A DNA stretch of 57,924 nt, the filler included, from Sphacelaria rigidula (taxonomy: Eukaryota), in the NCBI GenBank assembly GCA_964200075.2. It is 7 parts of 7 records of this genome, joined end to end, with 100 filler letters (N's around TTAATTAATTAA, not from the genome) between each part and the next. Parts side by side here need not be neighbours in the genome. Positions count along the whole stretch, not along the records: positions 33,160 to 41,348 come from CAXNAA020011978.1; positions 41,449 to 49,636 come from CAXNAA020011979.1; positions 49,737 to 57,924 come from CAXNAA020011980.1; 4 more parts are not named here. The stretch is one strand, 5' to 3'. The notes beneath the pieces were generated by a model that saw nothing but the letters and a program-made list of their open reading frames with translations, was not told the origin of the DNA and did no database searches. Below are positions 38,239 through 50,634 of this stretch, piece by piece. The position numbers and the translations under genes were made by a program. How positions within the stretch are numbered: position 1 is the first letter of the stretch; the number at the start of each line of letters is the position of its first letter.

Positions 38239-41211
38239 TTATGCCGACGACGTGCGTCGTTTCCATGTCGTCTGTATACTCGGCTCACCTCCGTCTTCGA
38301 TGGCGATGGCCTGAGGCACGACCGTCCCGATCTGAAGAACGGCTCTGAAGAGCTCCTCTGGCGTGACTAGATGGCCACGGCTCATCAGCGAGAGAAGGAG
38401 TTTGTGCTGTTCCAATGCTTGAGCACTGACGCTGCTGACACGTTTCTTCAACGCCGATGGTCTCCTTTCCTGCTTCGTGGGCTTCTTGCTTGTGCGCGCG
38501 GGTGGGATGTACATCAGTTTAGTCCTCGACGCGCATTCCGCTGATTTGTCCCCCAATGCTACGCCCTTGATCACCTCCGCCCACATTTCGTCGCAACGGC
38601 GAGGTACGTTCAGGATCTCGGCCTCTTCCTTTTCCGTCATCACGCGACCGTCTAGCGCCACGAGGTGCTCCTGGCCGTCCACACCAAACGCTAGGGACTC
38701 CGGTAGGACTCGCACCGCTTGAACCACGGCCGGGTGTCGTTTTTCTCGCACCTGATTCGCGGTGTCGACCTGCTTTACTCCGGGGAAGAAGGTTTCCGCG
38801 AGTTTCGCTGTGGCTCTCTCTCGTGCGCCAACAATAGCCGCCAGCTTTGCCACAAAGCTCCTGGTGATTTTCTTTGTCGCCCCCTTGTAGCCCCGATTGG
38901 CAAACTCTTGCCGCTCGTCCAGCGCCACGCGAGAGTAGGCATCCCCGCCCAGTGACGTTGGAAAATGCTCGGATATGACCTCGCAGTCGGCGTCCGTCAT
39001 CCGTGTTGTATCCCCGAAATGTTTAGCCATGGATGTCTGGTAGTGGTCCTTCCCGGTCGCGCAGAAAGAGGGCGCTGTGGTGCGGAGGCAGGCGTTGCGA
39101 AGCTTCAGATTCCCGGTGCGCACCCATCCTCAACCCTGAGTATGCGGGGTAGTCGACTAGAAGAAATCGCAACCAAAACCTGAAAGTTTCGTGAACGCGC
39201 GATCCGCGGTCGATCCACTCTCACACCTGATCGGCGCCACCCGTGCGTTCCTTGAAAGCAGATCCCAACTCGTCTCGCATGGTCGCCGTGATAACGATCA
39301 TGAAGAACTCGTAGAGCACCGTGAGCTGGTGGTGGGCGCGTCGGTAGTTGGTGCCTTCTGCGGCATTGACGTCATCGCTGCCGAGTTCTTTCGCGAAGAA
39401 CTCCAGGCCGGCGCCCCAAATAGGTTTCAGCATGGCCTTGGCAAGATGGAACATAATATGGAAATCCCCAGGCCACAGGAGGAGTTTATCCGCGAACTCG
39501 GGGTGCATTAGGGAATATTTACGTACCCAAGTGAAGATCTCGTCGTCCCCCGCCAGGATGGCGCTCGGTCGTCCATCGCTGCCGCCCAAACGCAACATGT
39601 CACAGATCCGACGAAGTGCGCTTTTCATAGCGTTTTAGTCTTTTGTGGATCCCTCCTGGATGAACATGTGCACAGTCTTGTGCGACACGCGCTTCTCAGG
39701 TGTGAGTACCTGCGCACGATCGCATCGTGGGGTATGTACCGGCGGCTTCGTAAGTGGTGATGCATGCGACGGTGAGGGGCGATCGGGCACATTCAAGGAT
39801 TGAACACGGAGGCGGTGGGCCACAAGGTTGGGTCGCACGTCAAACAGTCATCTTTCTGCGCTTCATCTAACTTTTGTAGGTCGATTTTGAGAATTGTGAT
39901 TTGATGCTCAGCATAAAGGACGACAGAGGTACGCTGAATATTTTGGGCCTGTAGAAAACAAATTCATTTCCCGAGGGGCCCAGGTCGTGAGTCCGCCTCG
40001 TTTTAGTTTGTTTCAATGAGCATCGCTGTATCACAAACTTGTCGACTCACCCGACTCTGGCGTCACAAACAACCTAAGCGGCGAGATATCATGTGCCCTC
40101 AATAACGACCTTCAGTTATGGGACAGAGTGAGCATGTATATATAGCGTGGTTAAACCAGAGTACTTCTACCCCTTAGCCATACAGTCGTTCCAAGTTATA
40201 TAATATGCCGCCCCCCCACACACGCGAGCAAGTGGCATGGATCTTTCATTAAGTACACGCCATGGCCCTAGATTTCACGCTGCGCTCACAACCCCCCCCC
40301 AGACCAACCCGCAGAACCCAAGACAGTTCACTACACGCGCGCGAGATTCAGCATACCTCCCGGAGCTGTGCCTCCACGCATGTTTCCTTCCCCTCTCGGA
40401 ACAGATCCGCGCTCCTGCATGCACTGACCAAGAGGTCTGTCACGTGCGTGTGGAAAACCCGGCGAGTATAGTCACGGGGCAGTCCGTCCCTGATTTCCTC
40501 CATTGTTAATTTGGAGAGCGGCGTTTACTCCGAGTACGGAGACAGTCGCAGGTTGCTCTGAGATGATTGGTCAGCTTCAGGCACCACGCATGTTGCAGCG
40601 ATGCAAGAGACGTAATCCGTCTTGATAAGGTTCATCACCGCCTTCATGTCGCACTTATCGATAGCCACAGTCGGTGTTCCCTGCGCTGCCGTGATGATGT
40701 TCTCATCCCGCCTCTCCTGGACAGCAAGCTCTTCTCGCTTGCTACGTTGACTGTCCGACAAACAGAGACCAAGACTCGCCAGGAAATTGTTCATTCTCCT
40801 CGTTGCACCGAACGATTTGAGAGCCTGAGCGAGCATGAACTCGTGGGCAGCCCTGTATGCTCGTTGCAACACAGCTTTTATCAACATGGTCGCCAAGAAA
40901 TACGGGAGGATATCTTTCTTCGATGCATCATCGAACCCCCCCGCATCACCATGTGGACTCGCCCCGCTTTCACGCTGCGTCCACGCGCTCGGAATCGGAG
41001 TGTTTGCATCAATATTGTCGCACCCAGTGCGGGAACGCAATACTCCTCGGAGGAAGAGACGAAGCGTCGCAGGCAAGCACCCCATATATTCACGCACGGG
41101 GGTGAGGTCCCCCTCGATATCGTCTCGACGAGTGCTGTCTCGCGTCACATACTTGAGGGTCGGACTCGATACCAAGTCCTCGCGCATGATCAACCCCGCT
41201 TTTTCCACCAC
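38239..41211 (-). pseudogene. Academ-type DDE transposase domain (fragmented ORFs 40525-41211, 39221-39838, 38239-39123)
   Basis: The motif order DxxD, GD, GxFH, R.GN..L....P.F...G+..Y, D...E..N is typical of Academ/DUF6589 transposases. It is interrupted by stops, frameshifts and a probable intron at ~39840-40520. Confidence 0.72.
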
Positions 41212-41272
41212 CTCTTCGCGTTGCTGCGGAGAAAGAGACGCAGTGTAGGTGGAATATCGCGACTGTACTGCG

Positions 41273-41313
<41 letters not shown>

Positions 41314-44300
41314 CCTCCTTCCTCTTGCGTGGCGGTCTGTTTCTCCTCNNNNNNNNNNNNNNNNNNNNNNNNNNNNNNNNNNNNNNNNNNNNTTAATTAA
41401 TTAANNNNNNNNNNNNNNNNNNNNNNNNNNNNNNNNNNNNNNNNNNNNGGCTTGAGGCTGTTCGGCGCCCCAGGCGGCGCGCCTGGGGCCCGCGCGGTGG
41501 GGCTGGCAGGAGGGGCAAGGCAGGGGGAGAGGGGGGGGGGGGGGGGGGGAAGGGGTGCGTAATGAGAGAGCACTGATCAAATCTGCTGCACCCAGCGCGG
41601 TGACACTCGCGAGTTCTCAGCATAGGAACACTACAGCGCCCATTTTGTGCTAAGGCGTTGTGGTTACTCGGCTATTGTAGATGAAGTATACACCTTGAAG
41701 TATCAAAATGCACGGAACTGCTCTCATTTATGACGAGGGGTTACCTTTGTTTGCCTCCGGGCAGCATACTGTACTGTAATATTACGTGTACCGCGGTAGC
41801 TTCCGGCGTACGTGTACCATTTGCAGCACTGACTATACTCAAGCCGGTTGTGCCGTACCGTTGTAACTGTTTTGTTGAGCATTCACTACTCCTAAGCATA
41901 TTTGAGCACTTACTTATGTTGCCACTACATTACCCATGCTATCTTGGAGGAACCCCTCTCTTAAACTTGGGAACGTTCTCCTCTCAGGCCTTGACCATGA
42001 TGGCTCCCGTGACATTTTACAGAGCCCACCTCATTGTTGGTCAAACTCTACCGCCACTATCCATGGTGATACTGGTACCCCCCAGTCTTACGCCCCCCCC
42101 GTCAAGACTGGGGTACCATCCACCCTCCTCAGCCTCGCCCACAATGAGCTTTTATTACTTTGAGGAGAAGAGGGGGTGATGTTGCCTGGTCTGCAGCCGG
42201 CAGCGGCCCTTGGAGGGCAAGATACCGGCCGAGGGAAAAAGTCATGAAAAAAAATCGCCGAGAGTGGGAAGAAATGGGATGAGAATGTGTTGTAGTAATT
42301 TACACACTAGCCCAATCAATCTGAATGGTGGTCCATGAAATCAATATTTTCCCAAAGGAGAATCATTCCCACCGCCAACACCACGAGTCCCACCGCCAAC
42401 GCCCTCGAACACCCTTGTCTGGTAGTGCGTCGGAAATATTTCAAGTACCACCGTGTTACAAATCAAGAGATCGAGAGCATGCTGAAGTAGAAGCTGAGGC
42501 GCGGCGATGAAACTGTTGTAGAACAAAAGAGGATAGAGTCACGCACAAAGCTTGTCGCATTGCACGGCAGTGGCACACACTGGAATGACAACACGCTGTC
42601 TGTGGACCACATTGGCGGAGGGTGAAGACTGGGGTGATTCACCTTCGGCGGGATATTGGTCGATGTCTTCTGACACGAATGGAAGACGAAAAAACATCCC
42701 ACTTTGGGAATTCAAATCTTATAAATTGCAGGATGCAGCCAAATACCACACTATGAGCAGAGGGGATTGACTCAGGCGATATTGGCAGTAAGGACCACGG
42801 CGCAATCATGGACTGCGAAGAACGATGGTTTCGTGAGATTGAAAGTCTGGGATGCAATTGAGTGTCACTATTTATACGGAAGACGGTTGGTCACCGTTCG
42901 CTGAGTTTTGGACGAAACGCCAACGTTGCAAAGTGGTGCAGAATCCCACTACCGCGTACATGCATGTTTCACTTGTTTTTTCTGTACAAGAGTAGGAAGG
43001 AAGCAAGAGGAAAACATTAAGAAAATGGTGTATCGTTAATCACTGCTTTGTCGGGACTGTATTACTTCTTGCATTGTTTTCGATTTTTCCGTGAAACATT
43101 CCCACATTTCAAACTCAAAAAATGGTGATGGTAAAATTCCACCGCTAGATTATCCCAGTGATGGGTACGGGTTGGGCCGCCCAAAATGCCACCAGAAATG
43201 TTGAAACGCGAGTCGTGCGCTTGATTTTGGATCGTTTTCTATGAAATCTCGACAAGATGTACAGGATGTATGTTCGAATACCCAACCTCTTCCCATTGTT
43301 TTTCCTTCTTAGTGAGTTATTGGTAATTTTGTTCCGATAAAACTGTTCTGAAATGTTCCGTCGCCAGTACCTCATGTAGGAGAACAGTAAAAATCATGGT
43401 AGAAAAAATTGGTCTTCGTACATACGCCCCGTCCATCATGTCAAACTTTCTTCGGAAACGATCCGGAATTGGGCGCACGACTCGCGTCATCCCATCGACA
43501 ACCGGTTCCTTTAGTATATGAAGATGAACCAGTTACGGACAACTCACACGCATTTGTGCTGTTTCAAGCTGTTCGCGATGAAATTTTGACACAATATACA
43601 GGACGTATGTGCGATGACCCATTCATACCCCCCTGTGCGTCTTTTCTTTCTTCGTGATTTATTGGTAATTTTATTCCGGGAAGCTGTTTTGAAATGCTCC
43701 GTCGCAAAAACCTAACAAAAACACGGGAGGAACGAAGGGGTGTTTGCACATACGTCCTACACATGTCAAAATTTCATCGAAAGCGACTAAATATTGAGCT
43801 CGGGATTTGTGCTACAGCTTGTGCGGCACCACGCGGCACAACCGACTGTAACCAAAAACCCAATCTCAGCCGTTTTCTTTTGGCTAATTCCGCCGCACAA
43901 AATACCCTCAACCCTTGACACTTCAACAGTTGACTACAGTTCAGTATTTCGTCTAAGAGACGTTGTCGGATTGCAGTGCAATATGGATTTAGTAGGCACA
44001 AGCCGCGATACATCGTCAGTCGGAACGGGCTGGAGGAAAGTGGGCTTCTTAGGCGGACCAGCCTGCATTCAATCTTGAATTGTTATTTTCCCCTACATTA
44101 ATGAGCAAGACTCCCCCCGCGTTTGTTGTCGTAATCTCATCTGTTGTCCGTTTTGTCTATCGAAACAGCAAGGAGTTCAATATTATTTGTAGAGCCCTGA
44201 ACTTCGGCTTCTGATTCACTTTTTTGTTGCAGATACTGACAGCAGCTGCTCCTGAATTCGAGTGCACGAACCAACGAGATTTTCGAAGTTGATATTCCAC

Positions 44301-44546
44301 CCTTTGATGTCGAGAAAAAACTGAACATTTTGATCACCATGTATCAAGACGTCGTGAAGGCTGGCTTCTGTTCCATGATACAATATTCTGACCACTTAAT
44401 TGTGGCAGGTCATCTTACATTAATTACCTTGCACAAAGCCATTGCAACGTTCCCTTTTTCTGGACTGCAACATATCGATATCGCGAGGGACTGCCCCTGA
44501 CCACACTATTTTCGACAGGGCATCAAACATGGACCGACGGACCCAT

Positions 44547-45573
44547 GAAGACGGACAGCTCACCATCCACTAACCGTTTCAGGAAAAGAATCACCTGATC
44601 AGCAAAATAGCCGCACGACACCAGGACCATCTGCTAATATGATGCACACGATTTGAAGCCAGTCAACATATTGCGATCATGCTGCGCGAGTGACTCTGCA
44701 TACAGCGAATGATAGGACAACGGACACCGGACGCCGGGTCACCGTCAACTCTGTGCCAACCACTCCTGTTCAGCCTCATGTCCTCTTCTCCCTTTCCCAC
44801 GCCTGAGCACTTCCCGCAATCGCCGGTCGTACATAGCTGGGTAGTTCCGTTGATTTCGGGAATTGGGCCAATTTATATCGCTGATTGCTGCAGCTTGTGC
44901 GATGGAAATCGAACGTACCCGCGTACTCGCTTCCACCCTGCTGTTCCGTACTTGGAGCGTGGGGCATTCGGATCTATTTTTTTGGGTCAGTAGTAGTGCA
45001 ACTCCACCTCTATCCCATCTACCCCTTCCTCGTGAGAGACAGTACATGGCTTATACGAACTGCCGACTATGCGCTCTTCGACGTACAGTGCGACATCGAG
45101 GAGTACGTCGAAGAGCGCACAATCGGCAGTTTGTATAAGCCATGTACCGTCTCTATCGAGGAGGGGGTAGGTGAGATAGAGGTGGAGTTGCACTGCTACA
45201 TGCCCAACGAGGTAGATCTGAACGCCCCCCGCTCCAAGTACGGAATAGCAGGGTGGAAGCGGGTACGCGGGTACGTTCGATTTCTATCGCACAAGTTGCA
45301 GCAATCAGCTTTATAGATTGGCTCGACTACCGAAATAGACAAAACTACCCAGCCATGTACGACCGGCGATTGCGGGAAGTGCTCAGGCGTGGGACGTGGG
45401 AAAGGGAGAGGATGACATGAGGCTGAACAGGAGCGGTTGGCAAAGAGCCGACCTTGAACTATTATTCGCTGTACGCAGAGCCACTCGGGCAGCAAGATCG
45501 TGATATGTTATACTAGCAGGTGGTCCGGGGGTCAGCATGCCGTCCATGAATGGGAGACAAGCTGACCGTCTTT
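44547..45573. repeat. Long imperfect inverted repeat (foldback), candidate hairpin RNA or miRNA precursor
   Basis: Core arms 44749-45086 and 45103-45447 flank a 16-nt loop (45087-45102). Pairing extends with bulges to 44617-44716 / 45458-45533 and 44547-44560 / 45560-45573. Confidence 0.92.
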
Positions 45574-48500
45574 TGAATTAAAACTGCCTCTCAACAACAG
45601 TAGCCTAGACTCTCCTTCTCACGAGAAAATTGCTAAGGGTATTGGTCGCAATACCGCGACGAAGGAAAGTGTAGTCGTATCCGCATCCGAGTGCAGCCCA
45701 GTGGAAGCCAGGCTAGTGAAGTCGAAAACCATACGGAGAACGGACAACGCATCCAGGATACTCGATCCAGCATACGCTCATGTGTCCCTCAAGCTCGGTT
45801 TTGGCGCAATGCTGGTTCATCTCCGCACAAACTCATGGCGCATTCCAGAAAAAACATGTTTTCTTTCATGTTTTGAAGTACGGGATGGGTCAATCGTAAA
45901 ACATATAACCCCTTAGCACACAAAACTTGTTTAGTTTTCCGAATCAGCCCGATCCAAGCATATCGCGGTGAAGTGCAGACCAACGTGACACGCTGTGCAG
46001 CAATATATATATATATATATATATGAAAAATGTACCACATAGTTAATGACCTCAACGACGGAGCCACATTTCTGGGGAAAAAAAGGATTTTGTCGGGATT
46101 CTAACTGGTCCTCCAATACAGTAATGCGTGGGGGGCTACAAGCAAACCACACGTACAGAGATTGGTGCTGCTCGTGGTCAGACGAGTAACCCTATCGTGT
46201 GGACAGTCTCTGGAGCACAGATGGTGAATGCGGTCTGTTTTGCCTTTGACTGATCGAGGGTACAGAACACCATCACAAGCCGGCATGCGGTCTCCGAAAC
46301 TGGGCGTTCCATGGGATTGACATTGCCGTCACGTGGCCGTGAGAGAAACGCTTTCATGTGGACAATCTTCCGAGTTCTTCCCCGTATAGTTCACATCCTG
46401 CTAATATATAAGTTTTGCTCTCGATTGCTTCGCCACAGGGGCAATTCTGTGTATTTACTTTCGGCGAAAGTGGGGAGGTGGGGGCATTCTCATATGTTGC
46501 TTGCCTTGGTCGTTTGACCATTGACCACGCATCCCTTTGGAGACGGAGCATAGGGGGGGGGGGGGGCGTACTCATTTGTTGCTTGCCTTAGTCGTTCTGT
46601 TTCATTATTCATCACGCACTCCTTTTGGAACGGTGCACCGTTCCTACTGTGCTCCTAATAGAGATACCTCCAACATTTCGGTGCTCTTCACGTTTCTTCC
46701 ATCACTCATGACGTTTCTTCCATACATGAACGGACTGGGTGGGGAGGGTGGGCAACTACATGCAGTACGAGTATGTGAAATCCATGAGACGACTGCGGGG
46801 TATTTCATTTGTTACTGCTAGAGGGTACAACATATGACAACCCGTGCGGTCGCCAAAACGGGGAGTGTTTCCATGGGAATTGATGGATAAGTAGTCGAAG
46901 GGCACGGTATTCATTCAGCCAACAGGACGCATCTTGCATAGAATGGAGGCTGCACCGAGAAGATCATCTCGGGCCCGCACAGTGCCGGGAGACCAGTGTA
47001 CTGCACTGAGTATCGACAGTCAGTGTGGGCATGATACCGACAGTAGAATAGCGTCAAGTCTGCAGACCACGTGTATGTGACAGATACGAGTACTACTGTA
47101 CATGAAAATCAGGAGCATCAAACTTGCACCGGGTTGCGCAGCATCGAAATGTATTTGACGGGGTGGTGAAGCAACGAGCTACTTCAAGAGAGGAGAACAG
47201 AGCAAACTATCAAGTGTGCACATGTAGTGCATGCAGCGTGCAGCAGCAATTTCGCGTGTGGCATGCCCAAGGGGGAAAAGGGCACGCGCCGTCTCGTTTG
47301 ATGCCAGGGTACAAATATCAGTGAGAGTGTCTAGTACATGACACACAACTGAACATCCAGCACCTAACAACATGATTGCCAACAACAACGGATAATAGCT
47401 CGGTTGAGAAGGCAAACGGCAGCGTGTCTGGTTGGTCTTTCGCACGAAGAGGTTGGTGCATGATCCATCACAATCCCCGCCTCGAGTGACAGCGCAGTGT
47501 GGGAACACATCCAAATACGCCTCCGGACACGGTCGCTGCATTAACTTTGATCTAAACTACTCTGTCCGACGCATATCAAAGACATATGCAGGAGTATGGC
47601 GGTACTGACTGTGATGTATATGTTCTGCAGAACAAGGGTGAACTCGGCAAGCATCCCGCTCGCCGGCTGTTGCATGATCGACCACGAAGGGTAATGCGGG
47701 GCATATGTGTAACGCAGCAAACAATGTGCACGGCGCTCGTAAGAAAACATGACGATTTGTTCCACGTGAAAAGCAGATGATGAAAGTGCAGAGATTCATG
47801 TTGTGGATCGAGAATTGCTTGCCTCGTGATCAACTCTGAGAGCGATTTATGGAGGGTCGCTGTCGAATGAAAAGCGTTTGTAAGGATACGGCCCTCATCA
47901 CCAATTAAACAACTGAGTGAGCTACCTTCTGCCTTGGTGGGTGATGGTTGATCGGGGATGAGTGACGGTGTTTTTTGGATTGCCAACAATATTCACACAG
48001 GATGGCTGTAACAAAACTGAACCTGCATGTTTCTTGCTACAGTAGCTCTTTCTGCCCTGACTGTATGGCAACGTACGTGTGTATACTGTAATGTACGGTA
48101 CTTTCCATACAAGTGTCCTATGCAGTTCATGATGACAGTAAGTGCATGCCAACTCATATGTCCCGCGTCTGTTCCTGGGGCGCTGGCATGAACTCGACGA
48201 AATGACCGCGCTTCTCAACAGTTGAGCAGCAAGACCCTACGCTTACGAAGACTACGGTGTTGTGCTATCTGTGCATTCATTTGTGTGTCCAGACGAACCA
48301 AGTCAAAGCATGGACTGCGGGAGTGTAAAATCAAGAAAAATGGCAACCGTCGACTGAACTCGAGTAATTCGCCTGTATCTCTCGAGCGGGTTACAGTACG
48401 CGTAGTCCGTCGCTTGAGCAGCCAACAGACAGCAACTCGTTTCCAAGATCTTCACCTGGACGTGAAGCTGCCGGAGCCGGGGCACTTGGATTCGGTCGAA

Positions 48501-50634
48501 CCCACCCACCATTCGACCCTGATCGAACAGTAAATGCGTGGGTCGTGGTGCAGCAGTACGAGCAGAAGATGCTGCCCAAAGTCGCAGATAAAGTCGCCCC
48601 CCTCATAGTTCCTAGCTGGTGCCGTTCACAGCGGGGACTCGTTCTCACTTACCCCCTCCTGTTTATTCCTGTGTCCGTTTCTACAAGAGCGCCGAGGTTA
48701 CTTGATCTTGCTGTTTCCCCTCGGAGCTCTCACCCCATTCGATTGAAGTCTCCTCAATCTACGGTCTTTTACCACTCTGGTGTACTTTTCTTGTTTCTTC
48801 CCCGTGTCTTCGTACGTTCACAAGTACGTTTCAGTCTCTCTTCTGCCTTAACATACGTACCGAAACAGGGAGCAAAAAAGCGTATTTGAGGGCGATCTTT
48901 GATTCAATAACAGAGTAGTATGACATAAATGTGCGTAGCAGATGTCCAAAGACTGATTTTTGTTTCTTACGGCTTCTGGCAGTATTCGCGCCGTTTATAT
49001 GCCGCGATGATATCTGACTCAAACTCTCGCTTTCATATTTTGCACCTGAAGCACTTGTCATGGTCTTCGCGTGTGGCATGGCTCAGCTGTTAATAAGCCA
49101 GTCAGCAACGACGTGCAGGTCTGCACAACATATGCACATACATCGACGAGCAAAATATATGCGACCCATTATACAACATATCAGACAACTGCGTATACAA
49201 TCATGTGTGCTTTGGTCGCTAAGGAATTCGACACGTCAGAGCCGTCACCGGCCGAATCAAGCTTGTCATCGTTCAATGTTCGTACAAGCTGGGCCGGCCT
49301 AAACGCGGGTTTAAGCTCTCAAAGCAATATCTCGTCGACACAGACGAGTTTGGCCGTGATCTACATATCGTATTAACCGCCTGACCATGGGGAAGGTGCC
49401 CATGTGCTCAGAAGGCTGAGCCATTTTTTTCAGGGGTATCGTACACGTTACACGAGTGACACATCTGAAAAAACGGGGGAAACGTTGCTTTGGGCCATTC
49501 AACGCTATACGTAAGGTTTGATTTCTTGGACGGGACAAATGTAACGTAACGGGATGTAACGTGTGGACCTTGAAGTAGTGTCTCTTGGGATTTTCCAGAT
49601 AACAGCCGATCATCTATGTTGAGGATGGTGCTTTTCNNNNNNNNNNNNNNNNNNNNNNNNNNNNNNNNNNNNNNNNNNNNTTAATTAATTAANNNNNNNN
49701 NNNNNNNNNNNNNNNNNNNNNNNNNNNNNNNNNNNNAAACTGCGTCTACTGCTCACCACTACTCACCTGTATCTGTTAGTGGTTTCATCCATCGCCCCGA
49801 CTAACACTAAAACGAGTATGTTTTAATTTCAACCATTTTTTCCGATCAGTTGGTAACGTCTGTTGGCTGCACCCCACATATACTCAATGCGGGGTGATTG
49901 CCGACATGAACCCACCGCATTGAAAAAAAAAAAAAAATGCACTCCGACGCGCTACCGCTCAACGATATGAGGCGCACCCCGTACTCTATGCAGTACAAGA
50001 ACTTCATCGGCAATACGACGCCAATCGAACAGCGACGCAGTCCTTTGTCATCGGGTGGGTCTGCACTTTACAGTGATATGCTTACATCGGGTTCATTCGG
50101 GAAAGCTGTGGTGTGGGCAACATTTAGCCGCTTTTAAGCTGGCCCAGCTTGTACCCAATCGTGGAAAAGATCAAGCCGTGGTAACAGATTTTACAACTCA
50201 TCTACTCACGACCTCACTGTTTGGAGCATAAACCTCTCTACCATGAAGATGCAGGTTCGAATCCTGGTGTATACATTCGGGGTCTCTCTGAAGAAATGTC
50301 TGATTCCGATGCTTGAAAGTGAGAGGACGTACGTCAGTAGCAATACGATAGTATTTGGACGAGAATCGACGCTCTCTTTTTTCCCCTTGAAATTGATTGA
50401 TTGATTGATTGGTTGATTGTTGCACTCTAAATGACCCCCGGGGATCTAGCCATGGTCGCATGATGGAAGTGAAACACTCGCTAAAGAAAAAGAAGAAAGA
50501 GGAGGAAAAAAAAGAAGAAGGAAGGAATAAACCTCACCTCAACCAACACTTACCCGGCAAACGGGTTGGTGTGCCGATTACCCGGAGGCTCAGCTATACC
50601 GCCTCGCGACCGTCATGTGGGGTTGTCACCTTGA

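Larger units (their letters stand above)
33190..41348 (-). mobile_element. Decayed AcademX-like DNA transposon: DDE (DUF6589-like) transposase, XPG/XRN-like PIN nuclease, Cys-rich C-terminus
   Basis: Collinear minus-strand fragments give the transposase motifs VAIDKCD (~40655), ILAGDDE (~39545), LWPGDFHIMFH (~39460), RTGNLKL...PSFCATGKDHY (~39040-39120) and VALDERQEFANR (~38900). Nuclease motifs follow: HAIDLP, VIVCYDRA..VPPIK.HEQ..RR (~37400), GEGELAA (~36450), SADTDEI (~36350), LLSGCDFLP (~36095), VPTADALRFQAQRA...W...GW (~35660-35790). The tail has CGCKGRC (~35460) and further Cys clusters (~34300-34600). The 5' end is cut by the contig edge. Confidence 0.75.

Noticed and set aside
43260-43800. 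Locally duplicated ~120-bp AT-rich block (TTATTGGTAATTTT.TTCCG...GAAATG.TCCGTCGC)
   Set aside because: The duplication is real, but I could not define termini or a family. It is probably a decayed DNA transposon subterminal region.
44709-45495. Two similar ORFs on opposite strands (44709-44993 + and 45196-45495 -) as a duplicated gene pair
   Set aside because: The similarity is a by-product of the inverted repeat. There are no recognisable protein motifs and the stop positions are not conserved.
50200-50280. tRNA gene (GCAGGTTCGAATCCTG T-arm)
   Set aside because: Only the T-arm/B-box is clear. I could not build an acceptor stem or D-arm, so it is probably a SINE or tRNA remnant.
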